A DNA stretch of 64,000 nucleotides, taken from Octopus vulgaris (Eukaryota). This document shows positions 1 to 14,510 of this stretch, in pieces. The notes below the pieces were generated by a model that was given only the letters and a program-made list of their open reading frames with translations, did not search any database and was not told the origin of the DNA. The stretch is from positions 19,158,001-19,222,000 of the forward strand of contig OX597836.1 in NCBI GenBank assembly GCA_951406725.2. The letters run 5' to 3'. A program made the translations under genes and the position numbers. Within the stretch, counting starts at the first letter, position 1, and every line of letters starts with the position of its first letter.

Positions 1-2990
1 TCAAATAAAACGAATATTGATTGTTAAATAATCAAACTTTATTTTCAGAAATTAATTCACAATAATTAGTCATAGACACTGATGCACAAAGATAATTATA
101 TTGGAATTTGCTTATTTGTATGTTTTAACCTTCCATGCTGAAATTTTTACTTTTTTTTTAAATTTTCATTAAAATAAATATAATAATTAAAGGTGGGATA
201 GCTCAATGGGTGGGGGTATCAGACAAAGTACCTCATAGTTTGTGAGTTAATACCTCTTTGGTGAGATGTTTCATTGTATTTTGGGGGTGAGGTATTTGAT
301 ATTATATTCTGCTCACCTCAATTTGTCTGACTGTGATAGATTAGCATCTCATCCTGGGATAGATGTCTCGCCTCTGCTTCTCATTGCAAAATGCAAGAAC
401 TAATGAGCACAGGTCCTCAAAAATCACCCAATCACTATCAGCAGTTATTCAATCACTTACACACGAGTGTAGGTAATCCCAACTGCATGTGATATTGCTA
501 TAAGATGCAGAGAGATGTAACCACTACAGCCACAGTAAAAACAAACTATCCAGAAGAGAAGAATCACAAAGAGAACAACAGAGGGGAGAGGACACCTGCC
601 TACTACACATACACATGCATGCATATGCATACAAAATGACTGGCTTCAGCTGAGTGGATTTTCTGTGTCTTGCAAGGCAAACCTTTTAGCCTTCGGGTGT
701 CAGCTCCATGTTTAGAAAATTCTGTCTCAATTATTAAAGCTCTCTGTTGTCTCTTAAAATGATTGAAAAAAATTCTAGGTCAGTTACGACAGATGTCTTG
801 TACAAGTGGCACATCTCAACACTTACAAAGTCCTACCCCCATCCCATATGGTTTGTAGAATGATGGTAGATATTAAATATTTGAAAATAAACGTAAGACA
901 ACATTTAGAGGGAGAGAGAGAAAGAGAGAGACAAACAGAGTGAGAGAGACAGACAGACAGACAGAGATATAAAGATAAAAGAAAAAATGATCATATTATG
1001 TATCAGTCAAACAGTTTCCTCTGGTTACTTCAACAAGCTACCTGTGTGTGTGTATTTATATGTGTGTGTGTGTGTGTGCATATATCTATACCTATGTATA
1101 TATACACACATGTATATACATACACATACACTTTGTTATACATTTTCATACACTGGTAAACTTTGCATTCACTGTATATAGCTACAAATTGTGTTGCACA
1201 AGCAATTTGCTCCATGCATACCAAATGCAGAATCAACTTTATGCACACAATATATGAATAAAATAGACAAAATCAGCAATGTATAAGCTGTCTGAATAAG
1301 CTTGCATGTCCAGGTATGCATGCTAATATCGAACAGTGAAAATGAGCACGCAACACTGCATTGATGAATAAATATTCTTTATTTGTGGATTAATGAGACA
1401 ACCAATGGTTTCATGTGCAGGAATCTTCACAATTGTTCAAGTGTGTCACATGGAAGTGCTGGTGCTCATCTATCCAAAAGGGAGACAAATACTAACACTT
1501 CTATGTGGTACACTTGGAAAATTGCGAAGATCTTTTCACATGAAACTGTTGGTTGATTCATTAACCCACAAATAAAGAAATAAATTCTGCAAGAGCAAAA
1601 CAACCAGAGATTCAAACTGTTCGCTTTTACACAGAAAGAATCAAGCCACAAATCACTGTTACACTTATAAATTAAATGATTTGAAAAATACACACATATA
1701 CAAACATATATACACACACAATCATACATACATACACACATTTGATTATTGGTCCCTTTCAACAGCTGTTTCATAAAGATAAACGCCATAAAATGTTAAC
1801 CGCATAATTATGATGCATCATTAATTTATTTAAATTAAATTATATTATGTATTGCATTTCTGCAGTTATGGAATTAATGATGTTTATCTTAATAAAACAA
1901 CTGTTGAACACAAAGTAAAAACTATATATAAAATTTATGCTTTTTATGCATTTATGTTATATATGTATATGTATATATATTGATATTAATTTTGAGTATG
2001 TGTGTATGAGTGCCTATATATGTATGTGTGTATATATATATGTGTATGTATATATATATTTATATGTATACACATACATACACACAAATATGCACGTGTA
2101 CATATATTTGCATAGTTATATATATATATATATATAAAATATAAGAGAGTGACCGGGTTTTTTATGCACTAAGCCACTTGGTGGTAAATGGATGTGCTAT
2201 TAAATTAGTACCCAATTTTCTCACCCTTATCGGTTGAGTATATATATATATATATATGCATACAGTAACATTAAAACAGATACACATTCACTCACATATA
2301 GATACATAAACATTCTCGTACATATACGAACATACAGACACAGAGAAAATGGAAAGTTTTCTTATGAAACAAAGCCAGGAGGCAGCTGTAATGATTTGAG
2401 GAGATCAGGAAGAAGTAGACTGAAATCATGCAGAACAGAAAAAGGGGCTTACACACCACAGTCAAAGCAATGTCAATCACGTATATTGATTGATTCTTTT
2501 GTGACTAGCACCGGGATATCAATCAGAGAAGGTTTAATCAAAATAGGGTCGATGGAGGAAAAAGAAGTTGCAAATTTGTCTCTCTTAGCAGCATTCTTCA
2601 AATGGTGAACATCATGATGGTTTTTACCATTTTAGGGTTATGTAATGAGATTTTTATAATTATAGTGTTAGTAATGAGATTTTTATAATTATAGTGTTAG
2701 TAATGAGATTTTTATAATTAGAGTGTTTTAACCATTTAATGACACAAAAAAAAAAACATTCAATTTATTTCTAATATATTTTATGAGGTGTCACAATATT
2801 TTCATCACACAACCACAATTTCATTAAGGACCTTGTGTGTGTGTTGTAATGTTGGTCCTTATGTCAAGTTGTAATAAAATCAATTTTACATTAAGTTGAA
2901 GGATTGTTCATTACTTTTTGTAGAGTACCTATTTATTATTTTTTAACGAGACTAGTATTGAAAGTAACTTTGAAGTTGCAGGCTCATCAC

Positions 2991-3031
2991 AGTCTGATGA
3001 TGGTTTATCAAGCCAAAACTTTGAAGTCACT
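2991..3031 (+). ncRNA. Decayed hammerhead motif
   Basis: agt-CTGATGA-tggttt atc aagcc-AAAA-ctttgaag-TC-act; G12 has been lost. Confidence 0.5.
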
Positions 3032-3404
3032 CTCAACAATATATATATATATATATATATATCTAATATAGGATAAAATTTTTCGAAAAAATTTCTATCA
3101 ATGGCCAGCATATTAAAAAATATCTTTAAAGGTTAAATTTATAAACAACTTATAAATAAGGGCAAAAGAAAAAAATTCTAATGCTAAATATGCCGAAAAT
3201 AGACAAATCGTCAATAACCATATAATTTATCACTGTTGTGATATAGTGATAAATAGTGCTTATGGTGAAAAATTATATGGTTATTGACGATTTGTCTATT
3301 TTTGGCATATTTGGCATTAGAATTTGTTTTCTTTTGCCCTTATTTATAAGTTGTTTATATATATATATATATATCTTAATCAAAGTATACATTACAACCA
3401 ATCT

Positions 3405-3484
3405 TACTTACCAAACAGTTTCACACAGGCTATCAGGTAATCAGATGATTATCTAATAACTGTGCTCATCAGCGTTGGCAAGTA
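3405..3484 (-). ncRNA. Decayed hammerhead motif
   Basis: tacttgccaacg-CTGATGA-gcacag..ctgtgt-GAAA-ctgtt-tggtaagta; long stem II, stem III truncated. Confidence 0.45.
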
Positions 3485-3537
3485 TATGGAGAAAAAAAAT
3501 GACTATTCTTAGATGGCTACATGTTTACACACACACT

Positions 3538-4777
3538 TACAAGGTGTCCATAAATTATCTTTATGACTTCCACAATTTATCATATCTATTAAAGATGAGA
3601 TCCATCAATAAGCTTCTTTCTATTGTGTAAATAGATATTATTTAAAGCTTTAATTTATGTACTATGCTTTGGTATCTAAATCCCTTTGATTTATCTTTAA
3701 ATGTATTTATTATAATCCCTGACTTTTAATGAAACTGACAACACCACAAGAGGGAGCACAATGTGTATCCAGACATTCAGGTCCACTGGAATTACCGTAC
3801 AAAGAATGGAAAAGAACCTCTAACTCATGTAGGCATTTATGCCTGGCGTAAAAGGTTTATGGAAACAGAAAGTGTCTTGCAGAAAAAAAGAGGCTGGGTG
3901 CTGTGTGACGGAGGACATCTGTGGAAGATGTTGAGTGAATTTCATCCTAGTCTTACTAAGCCCATTCATGCTGCATGTAGACAATTAAGTTTGCCACAGT
4001 CAAAACTTTTACAGTTTTGCACGAGAAACTGATGGTTTTATGCTTATAAAGTACAACTTTTGTGAGCACTACAGCCAGGTGACAAACCCCAAAGGATACA
4101 ATTTGCAGTGGACACGATAACTCTTTCTTTGAAAGATTCGTTCCAGTGAGAAAGCAACATTTCATGTATCAGGAATGATAAATAAGTACAGTATCTGGAG
4201 AACTGGAAAGAAATAATCCAGCAGTCAAATGTTTGGTGCAGCCTTTTGTTAGATTGAGTGATTGGCTCATTTTTCTTAGAAGAAGAAGCAAATATTTGCT
4301 ACACTTATAAGAAATACTTGTACTGAAGTTGCACCACCTACAACCAACAGTTATTTCCCAACAATATGGTGGATTGTTACATTGGGGATCGAGTGTTTGA
4401 GAGTATTTTTAAAGAAACCTTCCCCACTAGTGGATTAGGAGAGGTGGTCCAGTTCTCTGGTCACCTAAGATATGAGATATAACCCCTCTAGACTTCTTTA
4501 TATGGGTCTACATTAAAGATAGAGTATGTTGCACAAAAGTTCAAGACCTCAATGATCTGAAGGAGAAAATGTGCCAAACCATATCCAACATTGATGAAGG
4601 GATTCTTAGTCAGAAATTGAGCATTGTCTAGATGTGTTGCATGCGACCACTGGATCCTATTGGAAGTATTCTGGATTTTCTTTGTTTACCTATGTTTTGC
4701 CATAAATTCTGTTGAGTTAACCTTATTTTTTTTTCTGAATTTTTTAAAGTATAAAGGTAATTAATGGACAGCTTATA
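3538..4777 (+). mobile_element. Decayed Tc1/mariner-superfamily DNA transposon with TIRs
   Basis: TIRs tacaaggtgtccataaattatctttat / ataaaggtaattaatggacagcttata; transposase remnant W..RGGPVLWSP..DITPLDFFIWVYIKDRV with many stops. Confidence 0.75.
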
Positions 4778-5003
4778 TATATATCAGAACAAAACAAATT
4801 GAAGAAAGAAAAAGTAAAGTAGAGCAGAGAAAGAATAAGGGGAGTGGGATTGGAAAAAAAAGACAAGAAAAGTTGTAAAAGACAAACAGATGAGAGACAG
4901 ACTGCAAATGAGAGACCGACAAAAATGCATTTGACTGGATGTCAGCTACAAAGTCTGATCAGTGATACAACTTCATTATCTCCCTTTGTTGAATTGGTGG
5001 GAT

Positions 5004-5992
5004 TTATAGGAATTTTGGTGGGAAAACTGCTGCCAAAGTTACACAAATGCTACAGAGAGCAAACATCATATTCTGGAAAGATAAAAGAGAGAGAATATGA
5101 AAAAATTGAAGCATTTAATAGAAATGTAAATGTTGATATACATACATAGGAATTTATATGTGTGTATCATCATCATCATTGTTTAACGTTCGCTTTCCAT
5201 GCTGGCATGGGTTGAACGGTCTGACATGGAGCTGACCAGTAGTGAGCTGTCCAGGCTCCAGTTGTTTGGATACCCATGGCTGGATACCCTTCCCTATGCC
5301 AACCACTTGAAAGAGTGTGCTGGGTGCTTTTTACGTGCCACCTGCACAGATGTATTTATGCAGCACCGGCAATTCTACTATATGGCTCAGAAACCTGGAC
5401 GTTATCAAAGAAGCTTGAGAGGTGGTTGGATGGAACTTACACTCGTCTCCTTATGAGAGCTCAAAATATTTCGTGGAAGTGTCATCCAACCAAAGTACCA
5501 ATATATGGGAAACTACTACCTGTATCATCTCTTGCGAAAGGTAGAAGAGTCAAGTTTGCTGGACATTGTTGTAGAGCTGAAAACAAGGTAATTTCTACTC
5601 TTCTCCTCTGGAAGCCATCTGCTCGCGATACCAGAGGACGCACACTCTCCTACTCTGATGTAATCTCCAGGGATACAGGCATCAAGCAACAGGACTTCCA
5701 TAATGCTATGATGGACTGTGAAGTCTGGCATAGCATGGTAAATTCCACGGTCGAACAATGATGATGATGACGGATGCTTTTATGTGGCACTTGCACCTGA
5801 AAGGACACACCTGTATATGTGGAAGACAGCAATTTTACTTAGCTTGATGTGTCTTATCAAGTACAGCAAATTGCCACATCCCCCGGTCTCTTGTCATTTC
5901 CTCAGCAAGGCCCTGCATCCATTGATCTCATCTCCAAAGATCTCATCACTTCGTCTCACATCTTCCAGGGTTTACCCCTTCTGTGTGTGTGC

Positions 5993-6035
<43 letters not shown>

Positions 6036-6227
6036 GGTGTGTGGCTTAGTGGTTAGGCTGTGGAACTCACAATTGCTAGATCATGGGTTTGAGTCTCAGA
6101 CTAGGCAGTACATTGTGTTCCTGTGCAAAATACTTCATTTCATGTTGTCCATTCCCCCTTTCATTCAGGGAGGAATGTTAACCTGGTTGTGGCTAAAATG
6201 ATGCAAAGTGCATTGTGACTATACATA

Positions 6228-6291
<64 letters not shown>

Positions 6292-6721
6292 AAACCTTTT
6301 ATCAATTCAAAGTGAACAATCAAATTACACCATCTAGAAAATTACATATAATAGAAATATTAAAATTAAAATAACAATAATATACTTAATTTTGAATTTT
6401 TCATTTTGAATTGATAAAAGGTGTTTTTTTTCTAATTTATATATATATATATATATAAAAATTAATAGTTATCGCCATACTAATATGGCAGTCTTATAAA
6501 TATAAGACTAAAGCTGTCGCTGATTAGCTCCATGAGGCCATCACCTTAAGCTAGCTATTTGACACACAAACTGTGTCCATTATAACCTTCGAACAAGGGA
6601 GGTCAGCCGCTTCATCCTGCCAGTCAGACAGCTACAGACGACATTTCAGGGTTGTTGCCCCTTGTCAATGCAGTGTAGTCAGACTTGCAGGTGTCGCTAC
6701 TGATCGTCCCAGTTCGAAGGC

Positions 6722-6779
<58 letters not shown>

Positions 6780-8010
6780 TTTGTGAAATTTGATTTAGTA
6801 TTTCTAAATTGAATTTTTCCCTGTAAGTTAGGAATAATATTCCCTCAAATAATTATTATATATATGACAAAAAAGCTCCTTACCAATACAAGAACGCTTG
6901 CAGAATTCTCTCGCTGGTTAGTGACGTAACTTTTACTGCTGGTTAATTCATTTGTTTGGTTTGGTGACTCGGTGCCCTCGATGTGAGCTACAGCAGCAGC
7001 AGATTCCCCACTCTTACCATCTTGGATATAGATGTCATGTGACACTTTTTCCTTCTTTTGTCCCACCACTGCTGCCATCTGTTTCGCTTTTGTTGGACTC
7101 AACGTGACGCTGATGTTATCGGCCTGTTCTGGCTGGACAGTAACATTGACACTATCTGAAATGATCACAAAAGAAAACTATTGACCACAAATACACAAAC
7201 TTAAGGCAATTAGCGAAAATTGAGTGGTATCCCAAGACAGCCAGGTTGTGGAAAGTTGGTTTCAGCTTGCGCGGACGACATCACCATCACCGTAACCGAA
7301 ATGGATCACCTACAGAGAGTAGGCAAAGCCATTAAGATTTACGAGGCGGTGGCAGGAACAAAAGTTAATCGAGAAAAGTCAGTCGTCTTGCAGCTTGGCA
7401 CCTGGAGAGGCAAGTCGATGCCTCCTGACAGCGTCATGGGACGTTGGACAGAAGGTCCGATTTGGTTTGGACCGGACCTCCAAATAGAGAAGAGCTGGGC
7501 CAAGGTATCGAGCAGGGTGACCCACATAGTCAAGACCTGGCCTTGGCGATGGCTATCCCTGAAAGAGAGGGTGGAGGTAGCCAATGTGTTCATCACATCG
7601 GTCATCGCCTACCACCTGACCATCATTCCTTGCCCTGATTCATGGTTGATCAAGCTGGAAAGACAGCTCTTCCACTTCTTGTGGAAGGGCTCGAAACCAC
7701 TTGTGACAACTGTCGAAGGGTGGGCTAGGGATGACTTGGCTATTGATGCGCAGACATGCACTGAGGTTGCAGCATCTGTGGCTCTACCTAGATGGTGAAC
7801 GGGTGTGGTCTCTGCTAACGAAATGGATGAATATTGAGGGCAACCTAGTAACGAGTTGATCTAGCCTGATCTCAGTGAGTGAGGCTGGTGAACAATAATG
7901 CTATTGAGAGGGAAGCCCCAAAACTGCATATTCTCTCCTGATGACCCCCTAAGCTTGATAGCATCTAGTATGATGAGCTGGTAGCACTTGCATCTGCAAG
8001 TTGTTTGCAA

Positions 8011-8054
<44 letters not shown>

Positions 8055-8219
8055 TGAGAGAGAGACAGACAGACAGACAGAAGGACAGGCAGGCAGATGG
8101 TGTACAGAGTATAAAGAAGTCCTTTAATACAAACCAGCATAACAGCAACAGCTGTAGTAACAGCAGATGTAGAGCCAGAGAAGAGCCAAGTAACTTAAGT
8201 TGTACTTCTTCAAATCCAT
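5004..8219 (-). CDS. Unrecognised small secreted, probably GPI-anchored glycoprotein, 141 aa, 3 coding exons (8135-8219, 6884-7155, 5004-5072)
   Basis: Signal-peptide-like MDLKKYNLSYLALLWLYICCYYSCCCYA; donor G|gtttgt joins ttcag|AT (phase 1); TTG|gtaagg joins ttccag|AAT (phase 0); ends ..RENSASVLVLNMMFALCSICVTLAAVFPPKFL*. An acceptor tttccag lies upstream of the ATG exon at 8283. Confidence 0.7.
5345..5770 (+). mobile_element. RTE-type LINE 3' fragment
   Basis: ILLYGSETWTL..LDGTYTRLLM..FAGHC; (gat)n tail; sits within a SINE copy. Confidence 0.7.
7215..7860 (+). mobile_element. Tx1/L1-like LINE RT fragment
   Basis: SACADDITI (YADD-like), GTKVNREKS, WPWRWLSLKER, LFHFLWKG. Confidence 0.7.
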
Positions 8220-9142
8220 ATTGTTGTTGTTGTTGTTGTTAATGTTGTCTCAGAGGGAATCTTGCAGAAACTATTGATCTCACTGGAAATAAAACAGAAA
8301 CAATAAATGGATTGAAATTTGGTTGTTTGGGTGAGGATGACTTTTAACTGTGACTATAAATATATATAAGTCGAAACAATTTGTTGGCCATTTACATCAT
8401 CATCATCATCGTCGTTTAGCGTCCGTTTTCCATGCTAGCATGGGTTGGACGGTTCTACTGGGGTCTGTGAAGCCAGAAGGCTTCATCAGGCCCAGTCAAA
8501 TCTGGCAGTGTTTCTACGGCTGGATGCACTGCCAGATTTGAAGTTTTTATAATTATTTATATAATATTGTTATGTGATATATTATATTCATAGTATTTAA
8601 TATTGAATTCCAATAGAATATCTCTATATTTAATTTATCTTTATATATATATATAGTGACGTATATTTGCCATTTAAACATGGCTAACCCCTAAGGGTTA
8701 GTTTGTAGTTACTGTAGTTTGTAGCCCCAGGAGGACACCTCTTCCAGCTGGCTTTAGACACACTTTCTGTGCCCTCTCAGTGTTTGCAAAGGGAAGCCAT
8801 CCTTCCCGTCTTCACCCTTCTACCCTTCTACCCTTAGGGGTTAGCCATATTTAAATGGCAAATATACGTCACGATGTGTTGCAGCTACTGTTTATAACTC
8901 GTTCTAAGATTCATTATATATATATATATTGTGGGGTGCAAAGAGCACCATATGAGGGTGATCGTTGACAAAGTGGCTAACTGGCTTCTGTGCCAGTGGC
9001 ACATAAAAGGGCATCATTTGAGTGTGATTGTTACCAGTGTCGCCTTATTGGCACTTATGCCCATGCTTCTTCAGCTGAATATACCAGATAAGCACATAAA
9101 TACAGATATATATATATCTGTATTTATGTGCTTATCTGGTAT

Positions 9143-9201
9143 ATTCAGCTGAAGAAGGCAGAGCTTCTCTGAAGCAAAGCCAGAAATCCAGGATCTTGAA
9201 T
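9143..9201 (+). ncRNA. Minimal type I hammerhead ribozyme motif
   Basis: attcag-CTGAAGA-aggc..gcca-GAAA-tcc a gga-TC-ttgaat; stems I, II and III pair; AUC cleavage triplet. Confidence 0.7.
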
Positions 9202-10084
9202 TATCCAGTAAAATCTTTTTTGCTAGTTTATTTTGTCTCTCTGTCTTCTCTTCTGGCACGATATGAACATTTAAGGTGGTTTTAGGGTCAGGGTTTTGAC
9301 CGCTATTTTAGCATGGTGGTATCTCTCAGATACCCTAATTTATAGTTTTAAATAATTATTACCTTTGTATGGTATTTGTTCCTATGCTGGCCACTTGATA
9401 AGATCAATATTTAAATATCGATATTATCCTTATTTATAAATTTATATATATATATATAAAATTATATATATATGTATATATATAATGGGTGTCCATTTAG
9501 TGGTCATCCCTCTTATATATATGTAATATAATTTTTCTGAATCCTAATATTTTTCTATATACCAGGCCACTGGTTTTAAATTGATATTAATCAAATTAAT
9601 ATTCAATTTTTTACCCTTATTATTTAAATTTGAATAACCATGTTCTCTAACCAGCAAAATTCACTGCAGAGAATTATTTTTCTGCAGAATTATTTCCGGT
9701 AATTTGGCACCTCAAAACGAAGACTTTTGAAATATAACCCCAAATGTAATTGGTAGAACTATATGAATGTTCAATCTCATGTGGACGTCCCATATATAGT
9801 TCTTCAAATTATATTTTGCTATGACGATCACACTGATGAATTGCAGACATTTACATAAGTATTACGTAAGTGATTAATTCTTATATTTTGTATCTTTTCA
9901 TTTGTCTTGCTCACTTACATTCTGGCATTTGCTGAATTTTCTTGAGAACAATCTATTGTTAGTGGTCAGACCATATGGGGTCTACATCTAGCATAATGGA
10001 TGTCCTCTTACTGGTCACTCCTTTTATATATATATATATATATATATATAAACAAAATAAGCAACAAGGATATCCAGAGGTAAT

Positions 10085-10166
10085 GCAGTACGATCGTTTC
10101 ATGCGACTCCATTTAATTGAACAATGTAAATATTACATCAGTTTTAAAATGTATAGCAATCTTCAG
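10085..10166 (-). ncRNA. Hammerhead core lacking stem I, adjacent to the LINE insertion
   Basis: CTGAAGA-ttgc..gcat-GAAA-cgatcg-TA; palindromic stem III; the 5' arm is not complementary. Confidence 0.4.
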
Positions 10167-12428
10167 GAATGTTGGACCACAAGCATTGACTGAAAAGCGA
10201 CCATCTGACAAAACCACTCAAGATCCTGAAGAAAAAGGAAAATATAATGACCCTAGAAAAAACAGCCAGGAAAATTATGTCAAAACCAAATTTGAAGACC
10301 AAATATTTGCTGAACAACACCGAAAATCTATCATTGAAATGAAGCAGGATGTTCTGAATGAGCTTGCAGTTGTAGGGCATACAAATATGAATGATAGGGA
10401 ACCACACCATAAACTATCAAATGCACACCAACATAAACACAAAACAAACATAAAACACAAATAAAAGTTGGCAACTGCGTTACACAAGAAATCATACAAC
10501 TAAAACCCAATCTTCATAAGTTAAATGAAATTATTTACTCTGTTGCTAAGGTAATCAAAAGACGCTGTTTAACACCCAAAAAGCCAACAATATCAAATTC
10601 GAAAAGAAAATCAAACTGGAGGAGTAGAATTGAAACTGAGATTGAATCATTGCGAAGGGAGATATCAATATTAACTGAGCTAATCTCTGGAAATAGTTTA
10701 AGATCAAGAAAAGGCAGGAAGACTGTGAGAAAATATGAACTCTCAACAAGAGAAGAACTAATGTCAGTGAAATAAAACACTTAAACAAAAAGTTCAAGCA
10801 AAAGCTCAGAGAATACGCAGATTTGAGAAAAGAATCAAATACTACAAGCAAAATAAGATGTTCAAATCCAATGCCAAATCATTTTACAGGAAAATAGGGA
10901 AAGAAAAAATAACCATTGAAAATCCACCCCTAATGGAAGAAATTGAAAACTTTTGGAAAGGGATCTGGAGTGATGAGAAACCATACAATGAAAATGCAGA
11001 CTGGATCAAACGCACCCAAGATGACTACAAAAATCTACAAGAACAGGTATGGGAAGACATCTCAATCACCGACCTAAGGAGAGAACTAATGAAGGCTCAT
11101 AAGTGGAAATCCCCTGGTATTGATAGAGTACCAAATCTCTGGCTCTCATCACTCTTGTCCACACACAAAATGTTAGTAATACTATTTAATAGTATTATGA
11201 AAGACCTGGTAAAAACTCCCCATTGGATGGCGGTATTACTTACCTCCTCCCCCAAAATAACAAAACCAAAGACCCAAAAAGCTACCAGCCTATACCATGT
11301 TTGTCTATTACCTATAAGATTCTAGTGGAGAAAACATATACGTTTATGGAAGAGAATAACCTCTTTCCCATTGAACAAAAAGGATGCAGACGATGCAAAG
11401 ATCAGCTCCTAATTAATCGCCTGATCCTTGAGAACTGCCGTAACAAGCACAGAAATCTCAGCTCTTCATGGATTGATTATAAAAAAGCCTTTGACAGCAT
11501 ACTACATTTGTGGATTCTGAAATTGCTGGACATTTCCAAAATTTCTCCTGTGATTTCAGATTTTTTAAAGTATAATATGTTACTGCGGAACACGAAGCTC
11601 CAATTATATCATTCTAATGGAGTACTGTGCTCAAACAATATTAGCATAAACTGTGGCATTTTCAAAGGTGACTCACTTTCACCACTAATTTTCTGCATAG
11701 CACTAATACCACTCTCAAGTGAACTGAATAGAACAGGGTATGGCTACAAAATTGACAACAGGAAAATAAGCCATCTATTTTTATATGGATGATTTAAAAC
11801 TGTATGGCAAAGATGATGAAGAGCTTGAAGGACTACTACATACTGTGAAAGGATTCGGTGATGATATCGGGATGGAGTTTGGCCTTGAAAAGTGTGCCAA
11901 AGCCACTTTTAAGAAAGGAAAATTGGTAAAGTCAAGTTCAATCAAATTAGATGTCGAAACAGTAATAAAGGAACTTGAGCAGGAACAAACCTAGTAATAC
12001 CTAGGAATAAATGAAGGCTCTGGTATCCAGCATGCAAGCATGAAAGAGAAGGTTAGGAAGAAATGTTATAGAAGAGTTCGAGCAGTCCTGAAGTCTGAGC
12101 TGAATGCATATAATAAGGTGTTAGCCATAAATTCCTTAGTAGTCTCAGTTGTTCTTTATAGCTTCAATGCGCTTAACTGAAATACCAGTGAAATAATGAA
12201 AATTGATAGAAAAATCCACAAGCTACTAACTTGTAATAAAATGTACCATCCAAAGGCAGACATGGATCATCTTTACCTTCCCAGAGCTCAGGGAGGTCGA
12301 GGCTTGATCCAGCTTGAACTTACATACGAAAGCACCACAATTGAACTGGCCAAATACCTTGAAGCAACCAATGATTGGATGCTAAAACTTGTTGAAAAAC
12401 ATGAAAAACCGAAAAAACTTCACTGAAA
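10167..12428 (+). mobile_element. Decayed R4/Dong-clade non-LTR retrotransposon RT
   Basis: WKSPGID, EQKG, WIDYKKAFDS, GIFKGDSLSPL, YMDDLKLY, GMEFGLEKCA, LYLPRAQGGRGL; frameshifts and stops. Confidence 0.85.
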
Positions 12429-12429
12429 T

Positions 12430-12830
12430 GAATAAAAGAATGCAGACTACCTCATTGACAAATGATAGGGACCTTCTCTTTGTGGCTGGTGACTTCAATA
12501 GACATATTGGACAACATGCAGGGGGCTTCCATGGCATACAAGGAGGCTATGGGCATGTGGCCAGAATGGATGAGGATAGCTGTGGGAAAAAGTGCCACAC
12601 CCTAGCAGTTGAGGAAACCTGTGGAAGAGATAGACCCTGGAAGACCTGGCGTGAGGTGGTGAAGCACGACCATTGACAATTAGGCCTCACCAAGGCAATG
12701 ACTAGTGACCGAGACCATTGGAAATATGCAGTGCGTGAGAAGACTCGGCAAGCCAAGTGAGATAATAACCCGTGGCCTATGCCAGGAGTGCAACCAGCCC
12801 ACTTATGCGTATGATGATGATGATGATGAT
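12430..12830 (+). mobile_element. Internally deleted RTE-like LINE fragment
   Basis: APE motif AGDFNRHIG joined to C-terminal GHVARM..GRDRPWKTW; (gat)n tail. Confidence 0.6.
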
Positions 12831-12858
12831 AATAATATATATGATATGATGATGATGA

Positions 12859-12897
<39 letters not shown>

Positions 12898-12991
12898 ATA
12901 GAAGGAGCTCCTTCTATAAAATAAATTAATTTACTCTGCTATGTATTGAGTACCTTATTTACTGTGGTTAACCCCGACTCAACCAGGGACC

Positions 12992-13030
<39 letters not shown>

Positions 13031-13550
13031 TGAAAATGCTGCTTTGTCACTTCCATTGTAGTTTTGACAAAATAACTGTTAAAATCGAACCTCACTCTTC
13101 AAAACTTGCATTAAGGATAAGGAACAAGATAAAATTTCTACTTTCTTTTATAGCAAGTTGATGCAGGTAGTTTATCCCATCCCCTTCTGACTTTTAGTTC
13201 ATGCTATTGAAAAAACTGCATTATTTAAGGTATGACCCAATATAGATTAATCAGCCGAGGTTGCAGGGATGGTCTGGTTCTTGACTGATGGCTGGGAGCT
13301 TCGGGGGTCCCGTCTGTGTGTTTTTTTGTCGTCTTCGGGGTGTTTCACGTTCTTGTCCCGGTTTGTGTTTTTTTAACGTTTGCCTAATATATATATATAT
13401 AATCATCATCATCATCATGATATATATATATATGAATGTATATATATATATATGTATGTATATATATACATATATATGTATGTATATGTAAGTATTTATA
13501 TATATATAATATATATATATGTATATATATATATTATATTGAGGGCATAT

Positions 13551-13581
<31 letters not shown>

Positions 13582-13761
13582 TATATATATTCTATCTATC
13601 TATCTATCTATCTCTCTATATATATATATATATATATTATATTGAGGGCAATATAATATAAATAAATATATTCAAGAGAAAAATTGCTGGATTTTTCTCT
13701 TATGAGGTTTTTCATGCTAACTACTTGATAAATTCTTATAAAGATTTTATCCTATTTTTAA

Positions 13762-13822
<61 letters not shown>

Positions 13823-14510
13823 ATATATGTATATATATATCGTAAATGAAAGACGGAAGATGAAATGTACGAGAATTTTTGTGTGTGTAGGTATACATCG
13901 GTATATATACACGTAGTCCCATTAATGAAAGATTAGCAAGGCAGGAATTAGCCCATGAGATTGGGGTCTCCAGTGATGAGGGTTGGGTGGTACATGCGGT
14001 GGACGGAACTTAAGAAGAAATGCACATTGCTTACTTATTGTTACTACCACCAGCACCACCACCACTGTTACTGCTCAGTGCTGCTGCTGCTGCTATTACA
14101 ATCACCATCTTGATTTCAATACATACATACACACACATACATACACATACATACACACACATATATACACATATATATATATATACACATATGCACATCA
14201 CTAATCACAAGCATTGCACACAATAACACACACACACACACACACATAGAGACATGTTCACATTCACAGACGTTTCATTTACATATGTATACATACATGC
14301 AAATATGTGGAGAGAGGAGGATGTTGAAGATAGTGATGGTGATGGTGATGGTAGTAGTGGCAGGAGGATAAAAAATGGGGGTTGGGCTGTTGTTCTTTTT
14401 GTAGATATTGTTTCGAGACTCTTGATTTTCTTTTTTCGTTAAGGATTAGTCTATCTAGGAGTACAGCGTGTCCAATAGCTCCGAACCAGTTTTTGTTTTA
14501 AAGTGTATGC

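Noticed and set aside
2330-2610. Unique sequence with ORF 2234-2608
   Set aside because: No recognisable domain or usable splice signals; more likely 3' UTR of the small minus-strand gene or intergenic DNA.
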